From contig NC_043010.1 in assembly GCF_006345805.1 (NCBI RefSeq), forward strand, positions 31,992,001 to 32,056,000: DNA of 64,000 bases, read 5' to 3'. Source of the stretch: Octopus sinensis (Eukaryota). The translations under genes were made by a program, and so were the position numbers. The notes under the pieces are model-generated. The model saw only the letters and a list, made by a program, of their open reading frames with translations. It did no database searches and was not told where the DNA came from. Shown here in pieces: positions 36,330-47,830 of the stretch (positions are counted from its first letter, which is position 1; each line of letters begins with the position of its first letter).

Positions 36330-36520
36330 TTTCCTTCTCTGGGCTTTTCTATTTTCCCTTCTGATGAAGAGCTATGCTTGAAATGTTAAAAACCCACTCT
36401 TTTTTTCCACCTTTACTGAGCATCAAACTATTATATTTCCTGTGTACGTCCTCTTGTTGTTTTATTGTTATTTTTGATGTTTGATTGTTAATGTTCAACT
36501 TCTAATATTCGATTTGACTA
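36330..36520 (+). mobile_element. Solo PLE LTR-like repeat with decayed hammerhead motif
   Basis: CTGATGA-A-GAGC-TAT-GCTT-GAAA-TG-TT at 36361-36387; downstream sequence is colinear with 49420-49612. Confidence 0.6.
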
Positions 36521-37039
36521 TTTACATATGATGATGCATGTATATTGGATTAGTGCATAATTATTTCGGCTTTCTTTCAACAAATTTTTGTTCAATAAAA
36601 ACAATAACATGTGACAAAAACATCTTTAAATGATTATTCCATAGCATATTCACCATCTACTTCAATTACTGCTTCCCATTTGCTTGGCAGACAGTCAGAC
36701 TGTCATTTAAAAGTGTTTTTGTTAAATATTGTTTTTTGTGAATAAAATTTGTTGAAAAAAAAGTCGCAATAATTATGCACCAACCCAATTTATACATATA
36801 CGCGCATGTGTGTGTGTGTGTGAATGTGCATGTGTGCGTGCGTGTGTGTGCGTGTGTGTGTATACAAAGTGTATCTGCGCAGTTTCTGTCAATGAAATTC
36901 CCCTGACAAGGTCAATAAGTGGTTATGGTAGATGATACATCCCAATGCTCCACATAATTGTATTAAATCTGGAACTATGTGGCTGGGATGTGAACTTCTT
37001 GACCATTCAAACTAGCAATGCTTATAATGATTTCAATCA

Positions 37040-37960
37040 ATTGATGTTATATGTCATCATCATCATCATTATTTAACATCCTCTTTCCATGCTGGCATTG
37101 ACTGAACAGTTTGATAGGATCTGGTGAAATACAGGGCTGCATTGAGTCCCATGTCAGCTTTAGTAAGATTTCTGTGATTAGATGCTTTTCCTAATTGCAA
37201 CAACTTTACAGTGTATACTGGGTACTTTTTTTCATGCTGCTGGCACTTGTGAAGTCACCAAATAGCATGCAAGACAAGAAAGAAAGAAGAGAAAGGGAAA
37301 GGTAAAAACCTTCTGGTGGGAGACGGCTTTCAAACAGGTGTTGAGAGGCTAAAATATGATAGAAGGACAAGTACAGAAGCCTTGCTGTAGAGAAGACACA
37401 TAATTATTCTGCTTTTATAAGGATGGTTGAGAATAGCTGGGAAGAAAATATGATAGTAGTGATGGAGTACCAGAACAAACCCTCAAAGTACAAGAATGTG
37501 AGTGAAAGAGAGAATATGGATAGGGATTGAGGATGGGTAGAAGAAGGGGAGATTGTTTTATAAAAGTGTGAGGAAAGAGGTATAGAGGCTTGAGATGGGA
37601 GTGGAGGTGAGTGAAGTGAATGATGAACAAAGTTGGAGGTGTAGTTGATGGGAAATATTAGTATAGAGAGTGGGGTGAAGTGAGAGAGACAGAAGTGGTG
37701 CCCTGGAGGATAGATCACGAAGTAAGGGGATGATGTACAAGGTGTAAAAGCAGCAAGGAGGGAGATTTAGAGACACATAAGGGTGGCTATTGTGAGTGGG
37801 GTATGGTAGTGGATATGATAGAACATTCACAATGGTAGCATATTTGGGAGTTATTCAAATGGAGTATGGGAGAAGAGAGGGCGACATAAAAGCACCCAGT
37901 ACATTCTGTAAGGTGGTTGGTGCTAGGAAGGGTTCAGCCATAGAAACCATGTCAAAACAC
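37040..37960 (-). mobile_element. Old RTE-type tail with adjoining purine-rich decayed LINE sequence
   Basis: CATCATCAT...TTTCCATGCTGGCATTG tail at 37052-37260; the remainder is GA-rich with no clear motifs. Confidence 0.45.
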
Positions 37961-38039
37961 ACTTGGAACCTGGGTCGCTCTTCAGTTGACCAATTCCTAT
38001 CAAACCATCCAAGCATACCAGTATTGAAAATGAAAATGA

Positions 38040-38059
38040 AATGATGATGATGATAATGT

Positions 38060-38117
<58 letters not shown>

Positions 38118-38130
38118 GGTGGTGGTGGTC
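38040..38130. repeat. (GAT)n/(GGT)n microsatellite
   Basis: Direct reading; source of the poly-His/Pro ORFs. Confidence 0.95.
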
Positions 38131-38536
38131 TGTGAAAATAGTGTGGGAAGGGATGATGATGAGCATGAGGGATGAAAGTGGCTTCAGAGGTGGGGAAGGG
38201 GGTAAAATGGTACACAAAGAATGAATGGCTAGAGATGTAATGTGTGCTGATTATACTCTCAAATGATATCAGCATCCTCTTACTTCCTGATCTATCCTTC
38301 TTAAGCTACAGCAGCCAAAGAGTTCCACAGAATTCTACTGTATTATTTATATTCTGAAATGTCTTAACTGAAGAAGGTTTTTATATAAGAGATGAATTAA
38401 TTTTCTGTCTTGATCTGAAACACATGAATTAAATATATTCAACATATCATATTTAGTTCGACTTCTTTGTTATGTTATACAACTCCAAACCTTACTTTGT
38501 TTTAATGGATACCCAAACAAGGTTTGTTTTACTGGA

Positions 38537-38880
38537 CCTCATCATCATAATCATCATCATCATCGTTTAACGTCCGTTTTCCATGCTAGCGTGGGTTGGA
38601 CGGTTTGACTGGGGTCTGTGAAGCCAGGGGGCTGCACCAGGCTCCAGTCTGATCTGGCAGTGTTTCTACAGCTGGATGTCCTTCCTAATGCTAACCGCTC
38701 CGTGAGTGTAGTGGGTGCTTTTTATGTGCCACTGGCACAGGGGCCAGGGGAGGCTGGCAAATGGCCACGATTGGTTGGTGCTTTTACTTGTCACCGACAC
38801 GGACACCAGTCAGGCGGCACTGGCGTCTGCCCCATTCGGATGGTGCTTTTTACATGTCACCAGCACGAGTATCTTTGAAA
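38537..38880 (-). mobile_element. RTE-type 3' UTR with tandem hairpin units
   Basis: Reverse complement of the 11335-11665 family, with a (GAT)n tail at 38540-38565. Confidence 0.85.
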
Positions 38881-38939
38881 TTTCTGGTAAAGTGCATCAC
38901 TTTTAAGCATAACATGCAATATATGTATATGTGTGTGTG

Positions 38940-39495
38940 TGTGTATCATTATCATCGGCATCATTTCACATCAGTTCTCCATGCTGGTATATGTTGAACA
39001 GTTTGATAGGAGCTGGCCAGCTGGAGAGCTGCCTAGGCTCCATCTGTCTGTTTTGGCATGGTTTCTGCAGCTGGATACCCTCTCTAGTGCCAACCACTTT
39101 ATAGAGTGTACTGAGTACTTTAAATGTGGTACCTGCCTGGGCACTTTTGTGCGTAACTGGCATGAGCACTTTTATGTACTTTTATGTGGCACTAGCATGG
39201 GTATTTTTACATACCATTGACATGAGTGTTTTTGTGTGGCACCAGCACCCATGAGCCCACAAGACTAAGATCTCTTTTCTGAAAGAGGGATGTGGAAGAC
39301 ATGGCTTTATGCATGGATGGCCATGATTTTACTTCACCTGACATGTCTTCTCAATTACAGTAAACTGCCAGAAATCTCGGTCTCTTGTCATCTGTTTTGT
39401 GAGGCTCAACATCTGAAAATCCTTTTTACCACTTTGTCTCATGTCTCGCTGGGTCTATCCCTTCCACATGTTCTTTCCACAATTAGAGACTAGCA
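38940..39495 (-). mobile_element. Older RTE LINE 3' end (C-terminal coding remnant and tail)
   Basis: Minus strand SLIVERTCGRDRPSET*DKVVK resembles RTE GRGRPRKTWxEVV; tail CCAGCATGGAGAAC...GATGATA. Confidence 0.7.
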
Positions 39496-39886
39496 AGGGT
39501 GTACAAAAAACATGTATGCAATAGGTGTATGTTATGTACTTATATGTTTATGTGTGTGTGTTGCCCATATGTATATACTTAGCTGTGATCTGAACATAAC
39601 TGCTTCTCACACAGAGGATTGGGCCCACTTTTGGGCATTCTATTTTCCTTGCTGGAAGGGTTCCCAACCCATGGGCAAAGGGGGGTTATATGATGGGGTG
39701 GTGTTTTCAGAAGGGCTGGCATATGCAACCTGATCACCTCTGCCAATCAAACTCCCAACCCATGCACTCCCGTCATGACACTGATTCTGTAGAACTGGGT
39801 TGGGTATGAAAACCGACTTTAAAGTATAAATATAGATGTTTTTGAATCAACAATGTTGTGTTAGGTTAAGTCCTATTTTAGGTGAA

Positions 39887-41009
39887 AAATCAATAAATTG
39901 ATTCCTTATAGGGTTTTCCATTTAATCAGGATAAAGAAATCGATAAACCGATTCCTTATAGGATTTCCCACTAAAATTGGCTACACCACATTTTCAACCA
40001 CAACTTTTACCAATTTTGATGTATTTTGCTCAAACTTTATGCCAGCATTACTTTGGACTCATGGGATCTTTGAAGAATGAGGGATGGCTGTACGTACACA
40101 TGCATCATACAGTCTGCCTTTTACTCTGAGCGAGAGGCCTTTTGTCACCAGCAGGGGTAAGAGCTCTCTAAACTTTGCCCAGGCTATTCTTACTCTAGCA
40201 GTTATACTTTCAGCAAACCCACCCCTGCTACTGACTTGGTCACCTAGGTAGCAGAAGCTATCAACTACTTCTAGTTTTTCTCCCTGGAACGTGGTAGAAG
40301 TTGGTCTCTGCACATTTTCAGTGTTTATTGCTCCTGAGCATCTGCCACAGACAAAAACTATTTTCCTAGTTAGCCTTCCTTTGACATTGCTACACCTCTT
40401 ATGTGTCCATAGCTTGCACTTGGTGCACCTTATAGAGTTTCTACCTACACCTTTTTTACAGATCGAGCAGGGCCATCTACCTGAAGGCGTTTGTGACTTG
40501 TCTACTTTCCTACTTATTAGGAATTTGGTTTTGGCTAGGTTGATTCTAAGGCCCTTCAATTCTAAACCTTGCTTCCACACCTGAAACTTCTCCTCCATTT
40601 CTGATAGTGACTCAGCAATTAGAGCAAGGTCATCAGCATAGAGGAGCTCCCAGGGGCATCCTGTCTTGAATTCCTCCGTTATTGCCTGGAGGACTATGAT
40701 AAATAGGAGGGGACTGAGGACTGAACCTTGGTGGACCCCGACCTCTACCAGGAATTCTTCACTGTACTCGTTCTTCAAAAACGGAAAAAAAAAAAAAACT
40801 ATCGAAGAGTGGAAAAAATCGATAAACCGATTCCTTATGGGATTTCCCAATCAAATTGTCTGCAACTCATTTTCAGCCAAAAGTTTACTAATTTCAACAG
40901 ATTTCGCTCAAATTTGATGTCGATGCTACTTAGTTTGTTTTGAAATAAAGAGCTTGATTAGCTTAATAATCCTAACTTAATCCCGAGCAAAGCCGGGTTA
41001 GACTACTAG
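39887..41009 (+). mobile_element. Non-autonomous Helitron-type element(s) with subterminal repeats and canonical 3' end
   Basis: 34-bp motif AAATCGATAAACCGATTCCTTAT.GGATTTCCCA at 39887, 39937 and 40816; ~100-bp direct repeat 39937-40040 vs 40816-40916; GC hairpin CCCGAGCAAAGCCGGG (40982-40997) 8 nt before CTAG (41006-41009), followed by T. The 5' end is not located. Confidence 0.75.
40059..40780 (-). mobile_element. Internal RTE-clade RT fragment (motifs 4-7 and start of thumb) containing a PHD finger
   Basis: ORF 40059..40850: GVHQGSVLSPLLF, LLYADDLAL, GLRINLAKTK, C-x2-C...C-x2-C-x4-H-x2-C...C-x2-C (40338-40469), FCYLGD, RVRIAWAKF, KGRLYDACVR; about 240 codons without a stop. Confidence 0.92.
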
Positions 41010-41104
41010 TATATATATATATAGTGAGAATTTACAAAAAAACAAAAGATGAAGATGGTTGTGTAAACAATAAACAGATGTGTACATATACATATAAACA
41101 CACA

Positions 41105-41159
<55 letters not shown>

Positions 41160-41196
41160 GTACAGACGGTAGAAAAGTAACACACAAGTTGAAATG

Positions 41197-41371
41197 TATA
41201 AGGAAAATAGGACAAGGTAGAAAATGCTAAAATAATTTTATCATGAAATACATTTTGTGACAGTTTGTACCAGTTTCATTTGAAAAGACTGAAACTGGTA
41301 CTAACTGTCACAAAATGTTTTTCAGGATAAAATTATTTTGGCATTTTCTACCTTGTCTTATTTTCTTTATA
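41197..41371. mobile_element. Hairpin MITE (82-bp arms, 11-nt loop), TA-flanked
   Basis: 41197-41278 pairs with 41290-41371 with about 6 mismatches by eye. Confidence 0.8.
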
Positions 41372-41779
41372 TATATATTCCACACTGTTCATCTGGCTGA
41401 GGCTATAGTAGAAGACACTTGCTAAAAGTGCTGCTTTGCAGTGGAGCTGAACCCAAACCCATACAGTTGTAAAGAAAGTTTCTTAACTACACAGCCATAT
41501 ATATGTATAATTTCATATGTTTTCCTAATTCAAGTTTTTTTATGTCCATACTGAATTTAACATTGATCCATTCTTTGAAATGCTTTTCACTTATTGTCCC
41601 AGAGACAATAAAGCAAAACATTTTGGCCAATGTGCAAACTATATTAAATACCTTTTGTTATTTAGTTGCATTCTTTCAGGTTTTGAACTCAAATTGCACA
41701 TTCTTGGTGATCTTCCTAAGGTTTACAAAATTCGTACCAGTCAAGTATAACATAATCAATCCCTGGATATTAATATCTT

Positions 41780-42006
41780 GAGTCCAGGGTGTCACAAGGC
41801 CAGTTGCCTGGTTTTTATGGCAGAAGTGACCATGACAGATAACATTTATCATGAACAGGTACCAGTCTCTCATAGGGTTACTCATTTACAACTGAGTGGA
41901 CTGGAGCAAAGTAAAATGAAGTATTTTGCTGAAGAACAAAATATGCTGTTTGTTCTGGGGATTGAAAGCATGATCCTGCTATCATGTGTGCAACTAGGCC
42001 ATGTGT
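41780..42006 (-). mobile_element. tRNA-derived SINE with CORE-like body
   Basis: Minus strand head AGACACATGGCCTAGTTG, B-box-like TTCAATCCC and body TTGCTCCAGTCCACTCAGTTGTAAATGAGTAACC. Confidence 0.6.
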
Positions 42007-42577
42007 CTATTAAATTACCCTTATACTTTACTCACTAATTTGTGTCTTTGAACCTTTGTTATTCTGTTAGAAATCGTTATTAAATAAAGCCTGTACCTTG
42101 CCCTGCAATTATGTATTGATGCTATATAATTAAGTTATATCTCATTTAAATATTTCTCTCTACTGCACAAAATACTACGCTCAAAAGAAACAGTTAATAA
42201 GTCGTTAAAAAGTACAGGAATACAATTTATTACATCTATCAGAATGTATCATGTGTTCATATAAAATTTAATTAAGATATTTCTAGAGTTTTAATATTGT
42301 TAAACATGATTTAAATTTTAAATTATTAAGCTTATATACAGTATAAAGTTGACATAAATCAGGACAATATCACATGAGTTTCTTAGATGTTCTCTTTTAT
42401 ATACATAGAATCAATATATATATATATATATATTATATTATATATATATATATTATATATATATATTATATATATATATATATATTTATATATGTATATA
42501 ATATTTTATTTTTTATTTATGATTTGGTTTATGTCTGTCATTGTTTGAATTGCATAATAGTGTTTTTTTTCCTAATT

Positions 42578-42610
<33 letters not shown>

Positions 42611-43099
42611 CATCACCATCATCATATATATACATACACATAAACATACATTTTTTCATATATATGTATTTCTTTTTATATATGTACTTATATATATATA
42701 CATATATGTATACATATATTCATATATATATTCATACATATGTTCATATACATGTATATATATGCAGATTTTAAATTTAAACTAACTGCATCTTTATTTA
42801 AATCCAAACATTTCCAACAATACACATTTAACAATGTCGAAACTAGTATCCTCCTCATCATCTTCATCGTCATCTCTGTCTATGCTATCATCATTTTCAC
42901 ACCACCACCACCACCACCACCACCTCTACCAAAACCACCACCACTACCATCATTGTCACAATCATCATGTTTTCATCAGCTTTGTGTGAGTTTCTTCTGC
43001 ACTACAAAGTACCCCATCACCTTTTTTGACTATATCCACCATTATGTTTTAAGAATATAAAATGGTATTTGTATACTACATCAGATTTTGCTTTATTTT

Positions 43100-44250
43100 G
43101 TGGATTGTGTTATTCTTTCTATGTTATTTTATTACTTTGACTGATGTGTAGCATATGTTTAATGTGAGTTGTTGTGTTATTAGCTGGTGGTTATGTTTTG
43201 CATATGCAGTATGATTGGTTTTATGTATTTTGGTTCAGGACAATGATTGTGCTATGTGGGTTGTGTTATATGAATATTATCCACTGTGTAGAATGTGAGT
43301 TGTATGAGAGTTTGATCGTATAATTTTGGGCATCAATTATAGTTATTAATATGGATGTACTTTGATAGTATCTTAGTGCTTTATTCTTGCAATATCTCCA
43401 GTCTTCAAGAAATACTATCAAACATCTTTCAGTAATCAAGTCAGACCGTGCCAAAGTTTATTTTCTTGTTTTGATGTCTTTGTTATATTTTGATGCCTGG
43501 TTATTCAATAGATATTTTTCACAGCCATATTTCCCTTCCTAGCATCCTCTTTGTTCCCTCATAATATAATATTGCTTTCTAGATGAGTAACCAGTTTGCT
43601 TTTGAGCATGGATGTAAGGACCTTCTATGCTTTGGAAACAAGCTATAAACCTATAGCTTTATGGGTCTTCAGTGGATTTTTGGCAGGTGGATTGGGAATA
43701 AATGCTTTGGCTCCAGTATCCAATCAAATATTCATTCTGATTATCAGTTTATGGGAAGTTGTTACTACAAAATTATGGGTACTGGTCAAGTTCTGCTGTT
43801 CTGCCAAAATTTGTGGACTTTGTCAATCTCAGGGGGTTCCCAATTGTCTACAATACTTAATGTATGGGTGAGTCCTTTGTGGCTAAGATGAGCCATGTTT
43901 GTGGTACTGTTTATTATGTTTTGTATTCTGAGCTGTTCTCCTACATTCTAATGAAAGATTTTTGTCCCTGTTCCCTTTCAGTAGACTTGAATTTCCATTA
44001 ATGTTGGTGTGTTGATCAGTGTTCTGTGTTATTTTTGTTTGCTAATATCTGTAAAATCTTTGATATTTCATCTCTTGGAAGCACTCATGCTCTTCTCTTT
44101 AACTGATACAATTTATTTAAGATAATCTTTGATTTTTAGGATGTCTCTTTTTCTTACTACACTTTATTCTAATCTGGATTCTTTTTTTTACTTTTCATGT
44201 TGGTTCCAAACTTTCCACTTTGCTAAATAAGGTAAGAAATTCCTTTTCTT
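43100..44250 (-). mobile_element. Decayed R4/Dong-like RT region (probably continuing to ~45400 beyond a SINE insertion)
   Basis: Minus strand PPEIDKVHKFW, TEDP*SYRFIACFQS..KVLTSML and EQRGC.KGKYGCEKYLL resemble PGxDxIHNFW, NYRPITCL and EQKGCRxGSRGCKDQL. Confidence 0.7.
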
Positions 44251-44284
44251 ATTATATGTATTGTATTTTCTTTCTGTACATCAT

Positions 44285-44715
44285 AGGTGCAGTCATAGCT
44301 GTGTGGTTAAGAAGTTTGCTTCCCAACCACTTGGTTGCAGGTTAAGTCCCACTGTCTACCTTGGGCCAGTGTCTTCTCCTGGGCTGACCAAAGCATTGTA
44401 AAAGAAACCTGTTGTTTGTGTGTGTGTGTGTGTTGTGTGTGTGTGTGTGTGTGTGTGTGTTTGTTTGTGTGGCTGTGTGTACTTGTGTGTGTAAAAGTTG
44501 GTGTTTTCTTGTCTTGACATCACATGATTGTTGTAAATGAGTGTTACCAACATACAACCTTCCGTGAAAACATGTCCAGCCATGAGGAAATATTACTTTA
44601 TCTAGAAATATGTAAGTGTTGGCAACAGAAAGGGCATCCAACCATAGAAAATATGTCTCAATAAATTCTATACAACCCTTATAAGCGTGGAAAATGGGTG
44701 CAAAAACAATGATGA
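44285..44715 (+). mobile_element. tRNA-derived SINE with family-B head, (TG)n and RTE-type tail
   Basis: Head GCTGTGTGGTTAAGAAGTTTGCTTCCCAACCAC, body CCTTGGGCCAGTGTCTT, tail GGCAACAGAAAGGGCATCCAACCATAG...AATGATGAT; reverse copy at ~51905-52260. Confidence 0.75.
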
Positions 44716-46007
44716 TTTTGATAATAATATCAATATGTGGAGTGGATCTGTGAAAAAGCCTGCTTAGATTAGAATCAAATCTTATATCAACTTATCTGAT
44801 CATTCTGTCTGTTGTTGATTATTAGTTTGCTACCATAGAAAAATTTTTTTACTGGAATCTTGTTATATTCACCTATTCTACTAATAGATCTTGATCATTT
44901 GTTACTCGGACAGGTGTTTATCATAATCCATGTTTATTGGCTTTGTTATGCCATCTCTTTTTATTAATTGTTTTATTTTAGGATCTCCTCACTTTTAACT
45001 CTACTTGTTCTGTTGTCAATGTTGTTTTTGTTATTTTTGTTGTTAAATGGGGATGTGAAAAGCTATATTTATTTGGCTGAATATTTTGTTGAGTGTTTCT
45101 ATGGGGGCTTCTACAGACTTTTCCAACTTTTTAGATTTTTAGCTTTTTTTTTAAATTTGTGTCTGTTTTGTTTTTTTATTTACCATATGGTCATGTTTGC
45201 TGCATGCTGGATTTTGTAGTCTCCTCATTGTTGTGATACTTTCATTCTTACACAGTTTGCAAGCTGTGGGCTCTATTGCGATGTTCCCATCAGTTTGTGG
45301 TGGGTCATGTTTTTATGTGTTGTTGGTTGTTTTATTTTGAATATATATTCTTTGGTTTCAAGTTTGGGATCATGTTAGTTCACACTGATATTTTCTTCAC
45401 TTTTTTTTCCACCATAACTCTAATATCTCTTTTATAGTACCTAAACTATTTGACACACATCACATTGTGTCACATTGTCACACACATCATGTTGTGTCAC
45501 CTACATTATCACATTATTGTGTCCTCTCTCATCAAAAGCTGCTGTAAGTTAGTCATTGCGTTCTCAAATTTTCACAGTCTTCAAATGATATAATTCATTA
45601 CCACCACTCACCACTCTCTGTGTACTCCCCCCATTCCTGCTCTCTCCCCTCTCCCATCTCCCTCATCTCTCTTTATTTTCTTTCATATAATTGACACTAA
45701 ATCAAACATCAATACTGCAGTCACAGACTTTCAACAGAAATGTGTCACACCAGAGACTGTTATAGTAAACTTAGCATTTTGTCTTCTTTCTTTCATCATT
45801 TCTGTCTTTTCTTTTCTTTTCTTTCATTGCTTTATCAATAAACTACAACATTATAATCAATGCACTGATCTAAGTATGAAGTTTAGGTTTGATTCACATT
45901 TGTTGCTATTTCACTTCACTTATTGTTGCTAATCTCTTTGGTAGAACAGTAAATAACTCTCCATCCTACCATGTTGTTTGTTATATGTCTGAAAGAAGGG
46001 AGGAAGA

Positions 46008-46090
<83 letters not shown>

Positions 46091-46121
46091 ATATATATAT
46101 ATATTATATATATATATATAT

Positions 46122-46164
<43 letters not shown>

Positions 46165-46205
46165 CATAAATAGATAGATAGATAGATTGATAGGTAGATA
46201 GACAG
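46008..46205. repeat. (ATCT)n-(AT)n-(AGAT)n quasi-palindromic microsatellite
   Basis: Direct reading; AGAT is the reverse complement of ATCT. Confidence 0.95.
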
Positions 46206-46927
46206 ATATAGAAAGAGTGGGATGGCATGAGTGACATTGTAGCAGTCAATGTGCTATTAGTCACCAATCTCTAGCGTTTTTTGTTAATATTCCATCAACA
46301 AGCAGTGCTGTGTTGTGTGGCTGCTGGTATAAGAACCTTTAATTGTAAACTAGCTCAGACAACCTAGCTGTAAATAAGTACCACAGGCTAGGATCCACTG
46401 ATTACTGTATGCAGCAGCAACAATACTGTAGCAACTGCAGATCTGAGTGTAGTTTTGGGTTCAACTCTCACTGTATATATGTGCAAGTGTATACTTACAC
46501 ACACATGCACACACACATACATGCATATACACACATGCACACAGACACACGCATACACAGAGCCAACCTAAATTACCTATACAGATACAACATATGGATA
46601 GAAAGGCTGTATGACCCAATGGACTGCAGGATCATAAAATGAAGATCCTCTTCAGGGAAGCCACGTCTGAAGAAGGACTACAGGAAATATCATCAAACAG
46701 AAGACCTAGACCAAATATTTATATCAGAGTGATCTCTGCTTAAAACACCAAAAGATCAGGTGCTGGAGTACAAGCCAGGCAGACTTTACCTTTCATCCTT
46801 TCGGGGTTGATGAATTAAGTACCAGGGAAACACTGAGGTTGATGCAATCAACTAGGTCCCTTCTAAATTTCAGGCCTTGTGCCTTTAGTAGAAAGGATTA
46901 TTACTATTATTATTATTATTATTATTA

Positions 46928-46967
<40 letters not shown>

Positions 46968-46984
46968 CCGTGGCCCCTACCTTC

Positions 46985-47525
46985 CTTCTTGTGATACTTG
47001 TGAAGACCTGTTGAGGCAAGTGAAAATCAAACCAAATCAAAATAGATGAACATCAATGGAATTTGTATCTTTGTGGTACCAGTGCCGGTGGCACATAAGA
47101 GAACCATCCGAACGTGGCCGTAGCCAGTACCGCATCGACTGGCCTCTGTGCTGTGGGCACGTAACAAACACCATCCGATCGTGGCCGTTCGCCAGCCTCG
47201 TCTGGCACCTGTGTCGGTGGCACATAAAACACACCAGCCGAGCGTGGCCGTCTGCCAGCCTCGTCTGGCACCTGTGTCGGTGGCACATAAAAAACACCAT
47301 CCGAGCGTGGCCGTTCGCCAGCCTCATCTGGCACCTGTGTCGGTGGCACATAAAATCACCCACTACACTCTCGGAGTGGTTGGCGTTAGGAGGGGCATCC
47401 AGCTGTAGAAACACTGCCAGATCTGACTGGCCTGGTGCAGCCTTCGGGCTCCCCAGACCCCAGTTGAACCGTCCAACTCATGCTAGCATGGAAAGCGGAC
47501 GTTAAACGATGATGATGATGATGAT
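46985..47525 (+). mobile_element. RTE-type 3' end with expanded 63-bp hairpin array
   Basis: Starts with decayed EKTx.GK*; GTGTCGGTGGCAC recurs at 47211, 47274 and 47337 (period 63); standard tail and (GAT)n. Confidence 0.88.
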
Positions 47526-47535
47526 TATTATTATT

Positions 47536-47830
47536 TGTGCCTGGTGTACCCTTATCAGACAGGTAGTCATGATAGGTATACTGGGCTTTGTATATTTTAC
47601 CCCAGCGTCACTTTGATGGCATGCACTGCTCTCTCACTCAATAATAATAATAATAATAATCATCATCATGGAAAGCGGACGCTAAACGATGATGATGATT
47701 ATTATTATTATTATTATTATTATTATTGAGTGAGAGAGCAGTGCATGCGATCAAAGTGACACTGGGGTAAAATATACAAAGCCCAGTATACCTATCATGA
47801 CTACCTGTCTGATAAGGGTACACCAGGCAC
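47536..47830. repeat. Local inverted pair of family-D 3' fragments
   Basis: 47537-47645 and 47723-47830 are reverse complements with 2 mismatches in ~105 bp. Confidence 0.9.

Noticed and set aside
47083-47365. CRISPR-like look of the 63-bp palindromic tandem units
   Set aside because: There are no unique spacers (units are near-identical end to end), the context is eukaryotic, no cas genes are present, and the array sits in an RTE 3' UTR.
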